64,000 bases of DNA, from NCBI RefSeq assembly GCF_006345805.1, contig NC_042997.1:87172001-87236000 (forward strand), written 5' to 3'. Position numbers and translations under genes: made by a program. This stretch comes from Octopus sinensis. Taxonomy: Eukaryota. This document shows positions 26,281-40,790 of the stretch, one piece after another. Every line of letters starts with the position of its first letter. Positions within the stretch are counted from its first letter, which is position 1. The notes under the pieces are model-generated. The model did no database searches and was not told the DNA's origin. It worked only from the letters and a program-made list of their open reading frames with translations.

Positions 26281-27947
26281 TAGGTTTCTATACCATACAT
26301 AAATGACACTTTCCTATGCATCTTGCCTAATTCTCTTGTGATTCATTTTATGTTATAATAAATATCATAGCCATTATATATGCTTGGACAATGCTATTGA
26401 CAACTTTTTTTAAAAATATATTCTGAAAGAAGCTGTATGGTGAGTATATCATTTCTTGAAGCTTCCTTCAGTCATTCTAACAAACTGATTACATCAGTTT
26501 TCACAGTCTTGCTAATATAGTTAACTTCTGCTTCACACAATATTGCTTTTGAACTTATTAGCTAGGTATTGTGAGCTTATTCCTTTGCTCCTAACTGTGC
26601 AGGTGTCTGTGGTTTCAATGTTATGTTTCTCATGTTAGGGGTGCTACTCCAGGTAACTTTCAAATGGTTTCTATTAAAAATAATCCTTTAAAGGTGCTGG
26701 TTGGGAAAGTGTTAATCTAATTAGCTCTAGAAATATTTCACCTTTATTTATATTTAAGAAGTTGGGACAAATAGATTGTATTGCGTGGATTATTTTTATT
26801 TATTTATTTTTAATAATAATCACATTTTAGAATATTCAGTCACACAGAATTTACCATAAGCTAACAATCTACAATATTAAAGGAAGAATCAAATGTTTGT
26901 TGCCACTTCAACATGGCTGTTCCTTATGGGAGGACGTTACTGCTATTTTTTAACCCCAACAGAACATCTTCTCCAGCCAGTTAACGACACAATCTGTGTC
27001 TAATATACTGCAAGCAGGAGAGTGAACACCTACCATCTAGCGCATTGTCAGGACCAGTAGACCAGCCTGGTTTCAAGCTATTTTATCCTCTGTCAACAGC
27101 AGTAATAACAGCCATGTTGAAGTTGCACCAAATATTACTTTCCAGTATAGTTACTATTTGCATCTCTTACAGAGATTTTAGAACTAGGTGCCTTAGTCAT
27201 TTAGATATTTTATATATAAACTGAGGCCAATAAATCTATTACACCACAGAAGATTCTTCTCCTTTCCACCATATGGGAAATTTTAGAGGATCTTGCACCT
27301 CTTAGTGGAGAGAATATTGGAGATAAGATCAAGGAGTACAAATTTTGATGCTATGTTTATTTTGAATTATATTATGTAATAGCATAATTCAAAGAAGGCT
27401 TTTTACAAATAGTCTCAAAGTTTACACCACTTTTTATCTATTTATCTATTTTTGCCTGAGAATCCATGAATTTGCAATTATTAATTTTTGCAACAAATAT
27501 GATTTTTATAACACAATTTAAATTTTACACTCTCTTAATACATATGTGTGTGTGTGCGTTGTGGCATCTTGGGCAAATGTCTTCTATTATAACTTCAACC
27601 CAACCAAAGCCTTGTGAATGGATTTGGTAGACAGAAACCTAAAGAAGCCTATCATATATATTATACATATATGTTTGTATGTGCGTGTCTTTGTGTATGA
27701 ATGAATACGTGCGTATGTATTTGTGCTGTGTTTGTGCCAATGTGTTTTTGTATGTACAACACACAGTGAGTCACTCAGTATTACTTATTTCTGTCTTATA
27801 AATGATACGTTTGCAGCTCATATTATTTATCAGATAGAAATAAGAAATATTGAGTGACTCAGTTTGTTGTACAAATATACACATGCACACATCCAACACA
27901 ATACACATATTCATTCATACACACATAAATTTTTCATGCACAACATA

Positions 27948-28355
27948 TAAGGTATGCTGAAATTTCATAGGCTATCATACTCTCATATAATGTGACCAAA
28001 TGAGGTTTATTTTTCAACATAGTCCTCCTTGCAGTGCACACACTTCTTCCATCAGTGTTGCAGTGCTTGGATCTCATTAGTGAAGAAGTTTTCATCCTGT
28101 TACTCAAGAAAGTCATCAACAGCAAATATGATATCATTATCATTGTGATACTGGTTACCAGCCTAGTGTGTTTTTTTTTATGTTGAGGAACAGATGATAG
28201 TCAGATGGGGCCAAATAAGGAGAATAGGGATGGTGATCAACCAGTTCAAAGCTGCAGTCACACATAGCAGCCATTGAAAGTGAGGAAACAAGAACTTGTG
28301 TGCTGGAGGATTCTCCTCATGAAACAAGAATCCTTTCATCAGTTTTTCCTAATGT
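27948..28355 (-). mobile_element. Mariner transposase 3' remnant (unit A)
   Basis: YSP.LAPSDYHLF motif region plus a terminal repeat shared with the element at 41320. Confidence 0.8.
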
Positions 28356-28764
28356 TTTTACATTTGGATAGTTATGTATATGTATACACAGGGAGACATG
28401 TGTATATTGTGAATGCGTGTGTGTTGTATATGCATATATATGTGTATGTAGATGCAGGTGTGTGTATGTGGGTGTGTTTGTATGTGTGTTTATGTGGATG
28501 TATGTGAATGTATATCTGTGTGCGTGCATGTGTGTGTGACTAAATGAGGACACGCCAAACCAACTGAAAAATGAATAAAATGACCTCAAATCAAAACATT
28601 TGCAAAGTCATCCGTTGACAAAAAGAGATGTATATATATATTATACTATATTATATATATATATATATACACACACATTCATATGCATAATATATATATA
28701 TAAAAACATTCGTATATATATATATATATACACATTCATATATATCTATATATACATTCATATG

Positions 28765-28823
<59 letters not shown>

Positions 28824-29028
28824 GTGTATATATATATATACATATATATACATATATATATACAGTCATATATATATACATTTACGTTTTATTGCTTCAT
28901 TCCTTTGAAACTGGTTAAGTTTTATGGTTTTTGGTTGTCTCCCTAGCATGTTATAAATTGCCTGTTATAGGTAATTTCTCTTTGTGTTTTAATGTACATT
29001 CATATATATATATACATTGATATATATA

Positions 29029-29073
<45 letters not shown>

Positions 29074-29252
29074 TTCATGTACATATATATATATATATTA
29101 TATATATATTATATATACATGTATATATGTGTGTGTGTGTGTATACATTTATATATACATTTATATATATATATATACACACACACACTATACAGGTAGC
29201 ACATAAAAAACACCATTATATATTTTTATATATATATTCATAAATATCAACA

Positions 29253-30276
29253 GGCAATAACAGAGGAATTCAAGACAGGATGTCCCTGGGAACGCCTCTA
29301 TGCTGACGACCTTGCTCTAATTGCTGATCACTATCAGAACTAGAGTAGAAGTTTCAAGTGTGGAACCAATAATTAGAATCGAAGGACCTTAAGTCAACCT
29401 AGCTAAAACCAAAGTCCTAATAAGTAGGAAGGCAAGCAAACCACAAATCCCTTCAGTAGATGGCCCTGCTCAATCTGTAGAAAAAGCGTAGGTAGAAGCT
29501 CTATAAGATATACCCAGTGTAAGCTATAGACACATAAGAGGTGCAGCATATCAAAGGAAGTCCAACTGGAGAGATAGTTGTTGTTTGTGGCAGATGCTCT
29601 GGACCAATAACACTGCAAATGTGCAGAGAACAACTTCTGCCACATTCCGGGGAGAAAAACTAGAAGTAGTTGATAGCTTCCGTTACCTAGGTGGATGCGC
29701 TGAAAGTGTTAGCTGCTAGAAAAGAAATACCCTGGGCAAAAGTTCAGAGAGCTCTTACCTCTGCTGGTGACAAAGGGCCTCTCACTCAGAGTAAAAGGTA
29801 GACTGTATGATGCATGTGTACAAACAGCTATGCTACAGGGCAGTGAAACATGGGCCGTGACTGCTGAGGACATGCATAAGCTCGCAAAGAATGAACCAGT
29901 ATACTCCGATGGATGTGTAATGTCAGTGTGCATACTCAACAGCGTGTAAGTACCTTGAGAGAAAAGTTGGACCTAAGAAGCATCAGATGTGGTGTGCAAG
30001 AGAGACGACTGTGCTGGTATGGTCATGTGGTGAGATGGATGAGGATAGCTGTGTGAATGTGCTACACCCTAGCGTTTGAGGGAACCTGTGGAAGAGGTAG
30101 ATCTAGGAAGACCTGGGATGAAGTGGTGAAGCACGATCTTCGAACATTAGGCCTCACCGAGGCAATGACTAGTGACCAAGACCTTTGGAAATATGCTGTA
30201 CTTGAGAAAACCCAACAAGCCAAGTGAGACCATAACATCGTGGCCTATTCCAGGGGTGTAACCAGCCCACTTATGC

Positions 30277-30277
<1 letters not shown>
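29253..30277 (+). mobile_element. RTE-clade LINE fragment (unit A)
   Basis: LYADDLALIA, GRLYDACVQTAMLQGSETW and RRLCWYGHV motifs, broken by indels. Confidence 0.85.
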
Positions 30278-30312
<35 letters not shown>

Positions 30313-30453
30313 GAATGTATATGTATATATATATAAAAATGTATATGTATATATATATATATACAAATGTATATATATATATATATATATATACAAATGT
30401 ATATGTATATATAATATATAATATATATATCTATATATATATATACACAAATG

Positions 30454-30485
<32 letters not shown>

Positions 30486-30659
30486 CAAATGTATATGTAT
30501 ATATATATATATATATATATACAAATGTATATGTATATATATATATATACAAATGTATATGTATATATATTATATATATATTATATATATATATATATAT
30601 ACAAATGTATATGTATATATATATATACATACGAATAATATATATATATACATATACAT

Positions 30660-32260
30660 TAATTCCCCCTCTTTTTTCCTTCTTTCTCCTTTCTCTCTCT
30701 TTTCTTCTCATTTTTCAATCATGCCCAATTATACACCTTTCACCCTCCATCCTCATCACTGCCTAAAAAAAGCACCTTTCCACTGCTTTCACACCTATAT
30801 TAACCTTTCCCTACTAATTTTAAAAAAACACGCTTCTGCAGTCACCTTTCATTACTCAGCCGCTGCCTTCATCACTGCCTCATCCCTAATGGTTTCTGCC
30901 TCCATTTCCACCCACCTCTCCACTCTTCTTCAACTATCCTACCCATACTCCACACTACATCCTACTGCCTTATGCATGCCACCATTCCTTCTAATCTCTC
31001 AAAATACACACCATCGACCACTTTCTCCCTCTGGCTTTTTCCATTTTCTCCTCTCAGTCGCCCTCACATGCTAACACTACGTTACATAATTCATTTAAAT
31101 CATCTCTTTCATCAATTTGTTGCTAACACCAAACAATTAAACTCCACTCAGTCCTCTATTCCGTCACACCCAATGCCACTACCCCAATCCTCCCTTACCC
31201 CCCTCTCCCCTGATATGCTACCACACCCTCGCCAAACCCCACCCACATACCCCTCCCTCCCAGCCTTCTACCACCCCTCCTACTTCTGTTCCATCCACCC
31301 CTTCTCCACTTCAGTCTGTTGTTACCATTCCTCCAGCTCTTCCCCTCTCTGAGGCAGAGTGCTCCCTCCTCAGTAGGGTCTGCACTTCATACCCCTCACT
31401 CCATCCAGCAACAAATTTCAGACTCGTGCCAATATCCAGCTTTGTGCACCACATTAGGTTGTGTACACTTTTCCACGACACTCTACCTGCATCTAATGAG
31501 GCCTGCTTCACCGACCTGGGCCGCTGACCATCACAGTGGACACCAGCTCCTGGCCAGTTCCAAGCAGTCGATCTTTTTGCAGGCACCTGCCAGCGTACTG
31601 TAGACCAATTTGACTTTTCCAAGTGTCCCCGACATCTGAACATCTCCCTAGCCGAACTCTTGGCCCTTTAATGTCTCCGACACCACACAGACATCATCAT
31701 AAAACTGGCCAACAAGGGTGGAGCCATGGTGGTGTGGCATGCGGGTCTCTACAAGGCAGAAGCTCTCCGCCAACTTCAAGACAACTCCTTCTACTGCCCA
31801 CTGCCCTCCAACCCCACACCCTGCTACCAACAGACTGTGTCCTCCACTATCCATGACCTCATCTCCCTCCCACTGCTCATTGTCTGCACCCCACATACTT
31901 CCACAATTTACGTCTTCCCCCAAATCCACAAACCTAATAACCCTGGCTGCCCATTGTCTCTGCCTGCAACTGTCCCACTGAACTCATCTACAGATATCTT
32001 AACTGTGTCTTTACCCCCTAGTGGCTTCCCTCCTCTCTCACATTCATGACACCAACCATGCTCTTCGTTTGTTCAACTCTTTCTCCTTCCCTCCTGGCCC
32101 CTCTAAACTTCTCTTCACTCTTGACATCAAGAGTCTATACACAGTGATCCTTCACCACGAGGGGCTGCATAAACTCCAACATTTCCTTGACCTTCGACCC
32201 AACCTGACACATCCACATTCCTTCATCAGGCTGAACTTGTCCTCTCACTTAACTGCTTCA
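30660..32260 (+). mobile_element. Penelope-like element, 5' part (unit A), cut at the duplication junction
   Basis: KLANKGGAMVVW, QIHKPNNPG and LFTLDIKSLYT motifs. Confidence 0.8.
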
Positions 32261-32640
32261 CATCTTAGGCAAATGTCTTCTATTATAACTTCAACCCAAC
32301 CAAAGCCTTGTGAATGGATTTGGTAGACAGAAACCTAAAGAAGCCTATCATATATATTATACATATATGTTTGTATGTGCGTGTCTTTGTGTATGAATGA
32401 ATACGTGCGTATGTATATGTGCTGTGTTTGTGCCAATGTGTTTGTGTATGTACAACACAGTGAGTCACTCAGTATTACTTATTTCTGTCTTATAAATGAT
32501 ACGTTTGCAGCTCATATTATTTATCAGATAGAAATAAGAAATATTGAGTGACTCAGTGTGTTGTACAAATATACACATGCACACATCCAGACACAATACA
32601 CATATTCATTCATACACACATAAAGTTTTCATGCACAACA

Positions 32641-33058
32641 TATAAGGGTATGCTGAAATATTCATAGGCTGATCATACTCTCATATAATGTGACCAAATG
32701 AGGTTTATTTTTCAACATAGTCCTCCTTGCAGTGCACACACTTCTTCCATCAGTGTTGCAGTGCTTGGATCTCATTAGTGAAGAAGTTTTCATCCTGTTA
32801 CTCAAGAAAGTCATCAACAGCAAATATGATATCATTATCATTGTGATACTGGTTACCAGCCTAGTGTTTTTTTTTTATGTTGAGGAACAGATGATAGTCA
32901 GATGGGGCCAAATAAGGAGAATAGGGATGGTGATCAACCAGTTCAAAGCTGCAGTCACACATAGCAGCCATTGAAAGTGAGGGAAACAAGAACTTGTGTG
33001 CTGGAGGATTCTCCTCATGAAACAAGAATCCTTTCATCAGTTTTCCTAATGTTTTTAC
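32641..33058 (-). mobile_element. Mariner transposase 3' remnant (unit B)
   Basis: ORF 32861-33286 contains FHEENPPAHK and HHPYSPYLAPSDYHLF. Confidence 0.8.
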
Positions 33059-33457
33059 ATTTGGATAGTTATGTATATGTATACACAGGGAGACATGTGT
33101 ATATTTGTGAATGCGTGTGTGTGTATATGCATATATATGTGTATGTAGATGCAGGTGTGTGTATGTGGGTGTGTTTGTATGTGTGTTTATGTGGATGTAT
33201 GTGAATGTATATCTGTGTGCGTGCATGTGTGTGTGACTAAATGAGGACACGCCAAACCAACTGAAAAATGAATAAAATGACCTCAAATCAAAACATTTGC
33301 AAAGTCATCCGTTGACAAAAAGAGATGTATATATATATTATACTATATTATATATATATATATACACACACATTCATATGCATAATATATATATATAAAA
33401 ACATTCGTATATATATATATATACACATTCATATATATCTATATATACATTCATATG

Positions 33458-33518
<61 letters not shown>

Positions 33519-33587
33519 GTGTATATATATATATACATATATATATACAGTCATATATATATACATTTACACATATACATTCATATA

Positions 33588-33648
<61 letters not shown>

Positions 33649-33730
33649 TAAATTTTAACAAATTTCACTACCAGTGGCCTAGCATGTATAAAAAGTCAAT
33701 AGATGACATACTATTCAATATAAAATGTCG

Positions 33731-33984
33731 TACATTTAAACACAAAGAGAAATTACCTAAAACAGGGAATTTCTACACACTAGGAGGCAGTCAAAACGAC
33801 CAAAAACCACAAAATTTAAGTAATTTCAAAGGGAATGAAAAAATAAAACTGTTATCTTGATTTTCTAGTAAAAGTTTTATTGCTTCATTCCCTTTGAAAC
33901 TGGTTAAGTTTTATGGTTTTTGGTTGTCTCCTAGCATGTTATAAATTGCCTGTTATAGGTAATTTCTCTTTGTGTTTAAATGTA
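33731..33984. mobile_element. Fold-back MITE, Tc1/mariner-like ends
   Basis: TA|CATTTAAACACAAAGAG...CTCTTTGTGTTTAAATG|TA; arms about 115 bp, 24-nt loop. Confidence 0.7.
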
Positions 33985-34007
33985 CATTCATATATATATA
34001 TACATTG

Positions 34008-34042
<35 letters not shown>

Positions 34043-34248
34043 ATACATTCATGTACATATATATATATAATATATATATAATATATATATATCTATATAT
34101 ATTATATATACATGTATATATGTGTGTGTGTGTGTATACATTTATATATACATTTATATATATATATATATACACACACACACATATGCAGGTAGCACAT
34201 AAAAAACACCATTATATATTTTTATATATATATTCATAAATATCAACA

Positions 34249-35277
34249 GGCAATAACAGAGGAATTCAAGACAGGATGTCCCTGGGAACGCCTCTATGCT
34301 GACGACCTTGCTCTAATTGCTGAGTCACTATCAGAACTAGAGTAGAAGTTTCAAGTGTGGAACCAATAATTAGAATCGAAGGACCTTAGAGTCAACCTAG
34401 CTAAAACCAAAGTCCTAATAAGTAGGAAGGCAAGCAAACCACAAATCCCTTCAGGTAGATGGCCCTGCTCAATCTGTAGAAAAAGCGTAGGTAGAAGCTC
34501 TATAAGATATACCCAGTGTAAGCTATAGACACATAAGAGGTGCAGCAATATCAAAGGAAGTCCAACTGGAGAGATAGTTGTTGTTTGTGGCAGATGCTCT
34601 GGACCAATAAACACTGCAAATGTGCAGAGAACAACTTCTGCCACATTCCGGGGAGAAAAACTAGAAGTAGTTGATAGCTTCCGTTACCTAGGTGGATGCG
34701 CTGAAAGTGTAGCTGCTAGAAAAGAAATACCCTGGGCAAAAGTTCAGAGAGCTCTTACCTCTGCTGGTGACAAAGGGCCTCTCACTCAGAGTAAAAGGTA
34801 GACTGTATGATGCATGTGTACAAACAGCTATGCTACAGGGCAGTGAAACATGGGCCGTGACTGCTGAGGACATGCATAAGCTCGCAAAGAATGAAGCCAG
34901 TATACTCCGATGGATGTGTAATGTCAGTGTGCATACTCAACAGCGTGTAAGTACCTTGAGAGAAAAGTTGGACCTAAGAAGCATCAGATGTGGTGTGCAA
35001 GAGAGACGACTGTGCTGGTATGGTCATGTGGTGAGAATGGATGAGGATAGCTGTGTGAATGTGCTACACCCTAGCGGTTGAGGGAACCTGTGGAAGAGGT
35101 AGATCTAGGAAGACCTGGGATGAAGTGGTGAAGCACGATCTTCGAACATTAGGCCTCACCGAGGCAATGACTAGTGACCAAGACCTTTGGAAATATGCTG
35201 TACTTGAGAAAACCCAACAAGCCAAGTGAGACCATAACATCGTGGCCTATTCCAGGGTGTAACCAGCCCACTTATGC

Positions 35278-35278
<1 letters not shown>
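34249..35278 (+). mobile_element. RTE-clade LINE fragment (unit B)
   Basis: ORF 34767-35081 and upstream YADD motif. Confidence 0.85.
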
Positions 35279-35311
<33 letters not shown>

Positions 35312-35409
35312 GAATGTATATGTATATATATATAAAAATGTATATGTATATATATATATATATATACAAATGTATATATATATATTATATATATATACAA
35401 ATGTATATG

Positions 35410-35441
<32 letters not shown>

Positions 35442-35458
35442 ATATATATACACAAATG

Positions 35459-35495
<37 letters not shown>

Positions 35496-35549
35496 TATAT
35501 GTATATTATATATATATACGAATATATATATATATATACATATACATTA

Positions 35550-38500
35550 ATTCCCCCTCTTTTTTCCTTCTTTCTCCTTTCTCTCTCTTTTCTTCTCATT
35601 TTTCAATCATGCCCAATTATACACCTTTCACCCTCCATCCTCATCACTGCCTAAAAAAAGCACCTTTCCACTGCTTTCAACCTTATATTAACCTTTCCCT
35701 ACTAATTTTTAAAAAAACACGCTTCTGCAGTCACCTTTCATTACTCAGCCGCTGCCTTCATCACTGCCTCATCCCTAATGGTTTCTGCCTCCATTTCCAC
35801 CCACCTCTCCACTCTTCTTCAACTATCCTACCCATACTCCACACTACATCCTACTGCCTTATGCATGCCACCATTCCTTCTAATCTCTCCAAAATACACA
35901 CCATCGACCACTTTCTCCCTCTGGCTTTTTCCATTTTCTCCTCTCAGTCGCCCTCACATGCTAACACTACGTTACATAATTCATTTAAATCATCTCTTTC
36001 ATCAATTTGTTGCTAACACCAAACAATGTAAACTCCACTCAGTCCTCTATTCCGTCACACCCAATGCCACTACCCCAAATCCTCCCTTACCCCTCTCCCC
36101 TGATATGCTACCACACCCTCGCCAAACCCCACCCACATACCCCTCCCTCCCAGCCTTCTACCACCCCTCCTACTTCTGTTCCATCCACCCCTTCTCCACT
36201 TCAGTCTGTTGTTACCATTCCTCCAGCTCTTCCCCTCTCTGAGGCAGAGTGCTCCCTCCTCAGTAGGGGTCTGCACTTCATACCCCTCACTCCATCCAGC
36301 AACAAATTTCAGACTCGTGCCAATATCCACAGCTTTGTGCACCACATTAGGTTGTGTACACTTTTCCACGACACTCTACCTGCATCTAATGAGGCCTGCT
36401 TCACCGACCTGGGCCGCTGACCATCACAGTGGACACCAGCTCCTGGCCAGTTCCAAGCAGTCGATCTTTTTGCAGGCACCTGCCAGCGTACTGTAGACCA
36501 ATTTGACTTTTCCAAGTGTCCCCGACATCTGAACATCTCCCTAGCCGAACTCTTGGCCCTTTAATGTCTCCGACACCACACAGACATCATCATAAAACTG
36601 GCCAACAAGGGTGGAGCCATGGTGGTGTGGCATGCGGGTCTCTACAAGGCAGAAGCTCTCCGCCAACTTCAAGACAACTCCTTCTACTGCCCACTGCCCT
36701 CCAACCCCACACCCTGCTACCAACAGACTGTGTCCTCCACTATCCATGACCTCATCTCCCTCCACTGCTCATTGTCTGCACCCCACATACTTCCACAATT
36801 TACGTCTTCCCCCAAATCCACAACCTAATAACCCTGGCTGCCCATTGTCTCTGCCTGCAACTGTCCCACTGAACTCATCTACAGATATCTTAACTGTGTC
36901 TTTACCCCCTAGTGGCTTCCCTCCTCTCTCACATTCATGACACCAACCATGCTCTTCGTTTGTTCAACTCTTTCTCCTTCCCTCCTGGCCCCTCTAAACT
37001 TCTCTTCACTCTTGACATCAAGAGTCTATACACAGTGATCCTTCACCACGAGGGGCTGCATAAACTCCAACATTTCCTTGACCTTCGACCCAACCTGACA
37101 CATCCACATTCCTTCATCAGGCTGAACTTGTCCTCTCACTTAACTGCTTCTCATTTGCGGCTGATTTTTACCAGCAGTCTCGGGAGTGGCCATGGGAACA
37201 AGAATGGGCCCCAACTATGCGAACCTGTTCGTTGGCTATGTTGAGGCCCAAATATTCTCAAGTTTCACTGGTCCCATTCCTGAACTATACAGTCATAATA
37301 TTGACAACTGTATCGGTGCAACCTCATTCTCCCGTGAACATCTAGACTCTTCCGTCTTTTGTCAAATCTTTCCATCCTGCCCTCCACTTCTCCTGCACTA
37401 TTTCCGACACCTCTGTCACCTTTCTCAACATTTCAGTCAGCATTCATCACTCCACTCTCACTATCCCCATCCACTACAAGCACACAGACTCACACTCATA
37501 CCTCAACTTCTCCTCCCACCCTAAACACACCAAGTTCTCCATCCCCTATTCCCAGTTCCTCCATCTACGCATGCTCTGCAGTGACAACCATGACTTTGAG
37601 ACTCAGTCTCAACTCATGGGTCACCACTTCATCCTACGTAGCTATCCCTTCACCACTATCCATACCACCCTTGCCAGAGCACGTTCCGTAGACCATGCAT
37701 CTTTCTCCCCCATCTCCCATTTCCCTTCACCTACCACCCTACCTCTCCAACACACCATTTTCCAAGCCTTATGGCAACTCCAATCCGACCCCTCCACTTC
37801 ACACATCTTCCTTAACTGACCCCTCCTCTCCTTCAAACAAGCCCACAACCTGCAAGACCTCTTGGTCCACAGCTTCTTCCCTAACCCAGCTCATTCTCCT
37901 GCTCCCACCTATGCCCTTACCTCTCCAACACCACCCTCCTCACAGGCACCCATCATTGACCCTATTATATCACTGACTCCTTCACCTGCACTTCTAGCAA
38001 CATCATCTACTGCATCTCCTGCTCTCTATACATCAGTCAAATGGAATACCGCTTGGCTGACTGGTTTGTGAAACACCTCCGAGACATCTGACTCGGCAAT
38101 GACACCCTGGTCTCGTGCCATTTCCATTCTACCGGTCACTCTTTACAACACCTGTTTGTGTTCAGATTGTCCTTGCACAGGAGCCATCCAGACTCCCATC
38201 TTCACTGTGAGAAGGGATTAATCTTCTCTTCACTCCTTTGCACCACATAGGTCAACTCTCCTCCCTTCTTCCCCTCTCTTGCTCTGGCACCTACTTCCTC
38301 TCTTCACTCCTACCCACCCTCTCCCTCATTACCCCACCCCTAAACATTCCAATCCCACCATCCCTTAGACCTCACACCCCAAAACCACCCCTCATACACT
38401 AGCACTGACCACTTCCCAGCACCTACACGTCAATGTCACTAGACCCCTTCCACATGCATGCACACACGCACCTTCATTTTGGGATCACCACTACTTTATT

Positions 38501-38720
38501 ATCTCCCCTTCTTCTTAGCTCTCCTGTGTGATCCTCTGACCAGTATTCACCATAATAGATCGCTTGCCATTATACCTTTTTTCTATTTTCTTTCCCTGTT
38601 TATTTCTGTCAAAGAGCGTAGGCTCGAAACGTAAAAGACTTCCTCACTTCCTGAGAGTTAAACTAATACATCTGTTTGTTGTTTACACACCCATCTTTGT
38701 CTTTTGGCAAATTCTTATAT
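35550..38720 (+). mobile_element. Penelope-like element, near full length, frameshifted (RT, GIY-YIG region, terminal repeat)
   Basis: KGGAMVVW, LDIKSLYT, MAMGTRMGPNYANLFVG, THSYLNFSSH..HTKFSIPYSQFLHLRMLCS, and C..C.LYI...EYRLADWF.KHLR near 38010-38085; hammerhead-like remnant at 38602-38638. Confidence 0.85.
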
Positions 38721-39110
38721 ATATATATATACATATATATACACACACATATATACTTTCATATATATACACACACATACATATATATATACACACTCAC
38801 ATTCATATATACACACACACATTTATATATGTACATATACACACACACACATATATGTATATACATGTATATTTAAGTCACAACATCTTCAATATTCACA
38901 ATATTCAACTAATCTGGTGGTACCCCTAAAAATAGTTTCTTAATGTATCATTCTACAAAACAGAATATATAGTATGATGCAAACGAAAAACAGATTGTAC
39001 AAAATTATAAATAGAGAAATATATTATGATAAAATTTATTTTACCATTGGATATTCTTATCTCGCAATTGTTTTGCAGTTTAAAAAACATGTATAAATAA
39101 TTTATTTTAT

Positions 39111-39975
39111 TAGACAATGTGGTATCAAACAGTTCCCAGACTAGTTCTGTAGCATGCTAACAGATGGCAGCACACAGTAACCTTCATGAGGCATGTGCTG
39201 AGTGATATCACTGTGTTTATTTCAAAAGTTGTGAAATTTGTGTTTTTGCAATGTGTATACTGTAGATTATGATTTTGTCATGGATAGGAATGAAAAGCCA
39301 CTATAAAATTTTCTGTTAAACTTGGGAAGTCTGCTCCAGAAACATTGAGCATGCTTCAGCAAGCATATGGTAATGAGGCAATAGGTCATACATAATATTT
39401 TGAGTGGCACAGGTGCTTAAAAAGGGTAACATCTTTGGAAGATGATGAGCAGTTTCGAAGACCTGCCATGAGAGTCACCCCTGGAAATGTGGTATTGTAT
39501 ATTGAGAATTCGTCCCCTAGTGCCAGACATCAATCAAAGGTTCTACTGCAACATTTTGAAATGTTTCAGGGAGGGCATTCGGTGAAAGCAACCAGATCTG
39601 TGGAGTGAGAAGAATTGGATTCTTCATGGGGCTCCACCTCACTCATGAGTTTCTCGCTAAAAACATGGTATCCACCCTATTCGCCAGATTTAGCACCTGT
39701 GGACTCCCATCCCTTCCCCAAGATGAAAATGCATCTCAAAAGTCACCATTTTAACACTTTGGTTAAAATCAAGAGTGAATTGCAGAAGGTCCTCAACTCG
39801 CTTACGGAAAATGACTTCCAGGCTGGATTCCAAAAGTGACAGGAACACTGGCACTAGTGTATTGCTGAGCAAGGTGACTATTTCGAAAGAAATGATGATA
39901 AAACTTAGGTGAATAAGTTATTATTTTTGTATTAAACATAACTAGTCTGGGAACCTTTTTTTATACCACTTTGTA
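39111..39975 (+). mobile_element. Mariner element, internally deleted
   Basis: About 30-bp terminal inverted repeats (GTGGTAT...GTTCCCAGACTAGT / ACTAGTCTGGGAAC...ATACCAC) with TA flanks; KLGKSAPETLSMLQQAYG and PPYSPDLAPVDSH motifs. Confidence 0.88.
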
Positions 39976-40424
39976 CATGTTTAAGAGGTTTGAACTTAGA
40001 ATATTGGTTTCAAATTTTGGCACAAGGCCAGCAATTTCAGGGGGATTGGGTAAGTTGATTACATTAACACCAGAAGGATGAAAGGTAGAGTTGACCTCAG
40101 AACATAAAGTCAGCAGAAATACTGCTAAGCATTTTTTCTGATGCAGTAACAATTCTGTCAGCTTGCCACCTTATTTGAACTTATATTACTGGTGAAAAAC
40201 AGTATTTTGAATTTCATCTTTGTTAGTAGTTTTATTATTGTAGAAATATAAACACAAACTAGTGAACAAGTAGGAGACATTCATCCCCACTCTGTCAGGC
40301 TTACAATTCTCCTTAGAAATTAGGTTTCTTCAAGTAGGTTTAATGTTATTTTATTACATAGTTATGCATTCATTTATATTTTCTTGGTTTACATATTTCA
40401 AAGGAATTTTAGTCTTTTACTTGT

Positions 40425-40790
40425 TTCAGTCATTTGAACACAGCCATGCTGAAGCTCCACCTTGGAGGATTTTTTAGTCAAACAAGTTGACCCCAGGACT
40501 TATTTTTTTAAGCTTAGTACTTATTCTATTGATTCTTTTTACTGAACTGCTAGGTTATGGGGATGTAAACATACAAACTCCAGTTGTCAAGTGGTGATGG
40601 AAAGACAAACACATAGATATATATGACAGACTTCTTTCAGTTTCCACCCACGAAATCTACTCACAAGGCTTTGGTCAGCCCAAGACATATAGTAGAAGAC
40701 ACTTACCCAAGGTGTCACACAGTGGGACTGAACCTGGAACCATGTGGTTACGAAGCAAGCTTCTTACCACACAGCCACACCTGTACCTAT
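40425..40790 (-). mobile_element. SINE family B plus C module
   Basis: Reverse-complement match to the B/C motifs. Confidence 0.75.

Larger units (their letters stand above)
27565..37150. repeat. Near-identical tandem duplication: unit A 27565-32260, unit B 32261-37150
   Basis: Collinear SINE, mariner, RTE and Penelope content in both units. The junction at 32260/32261 joins Penelope RT sequence to SINE interior through CAT. Confidence 0.95.
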
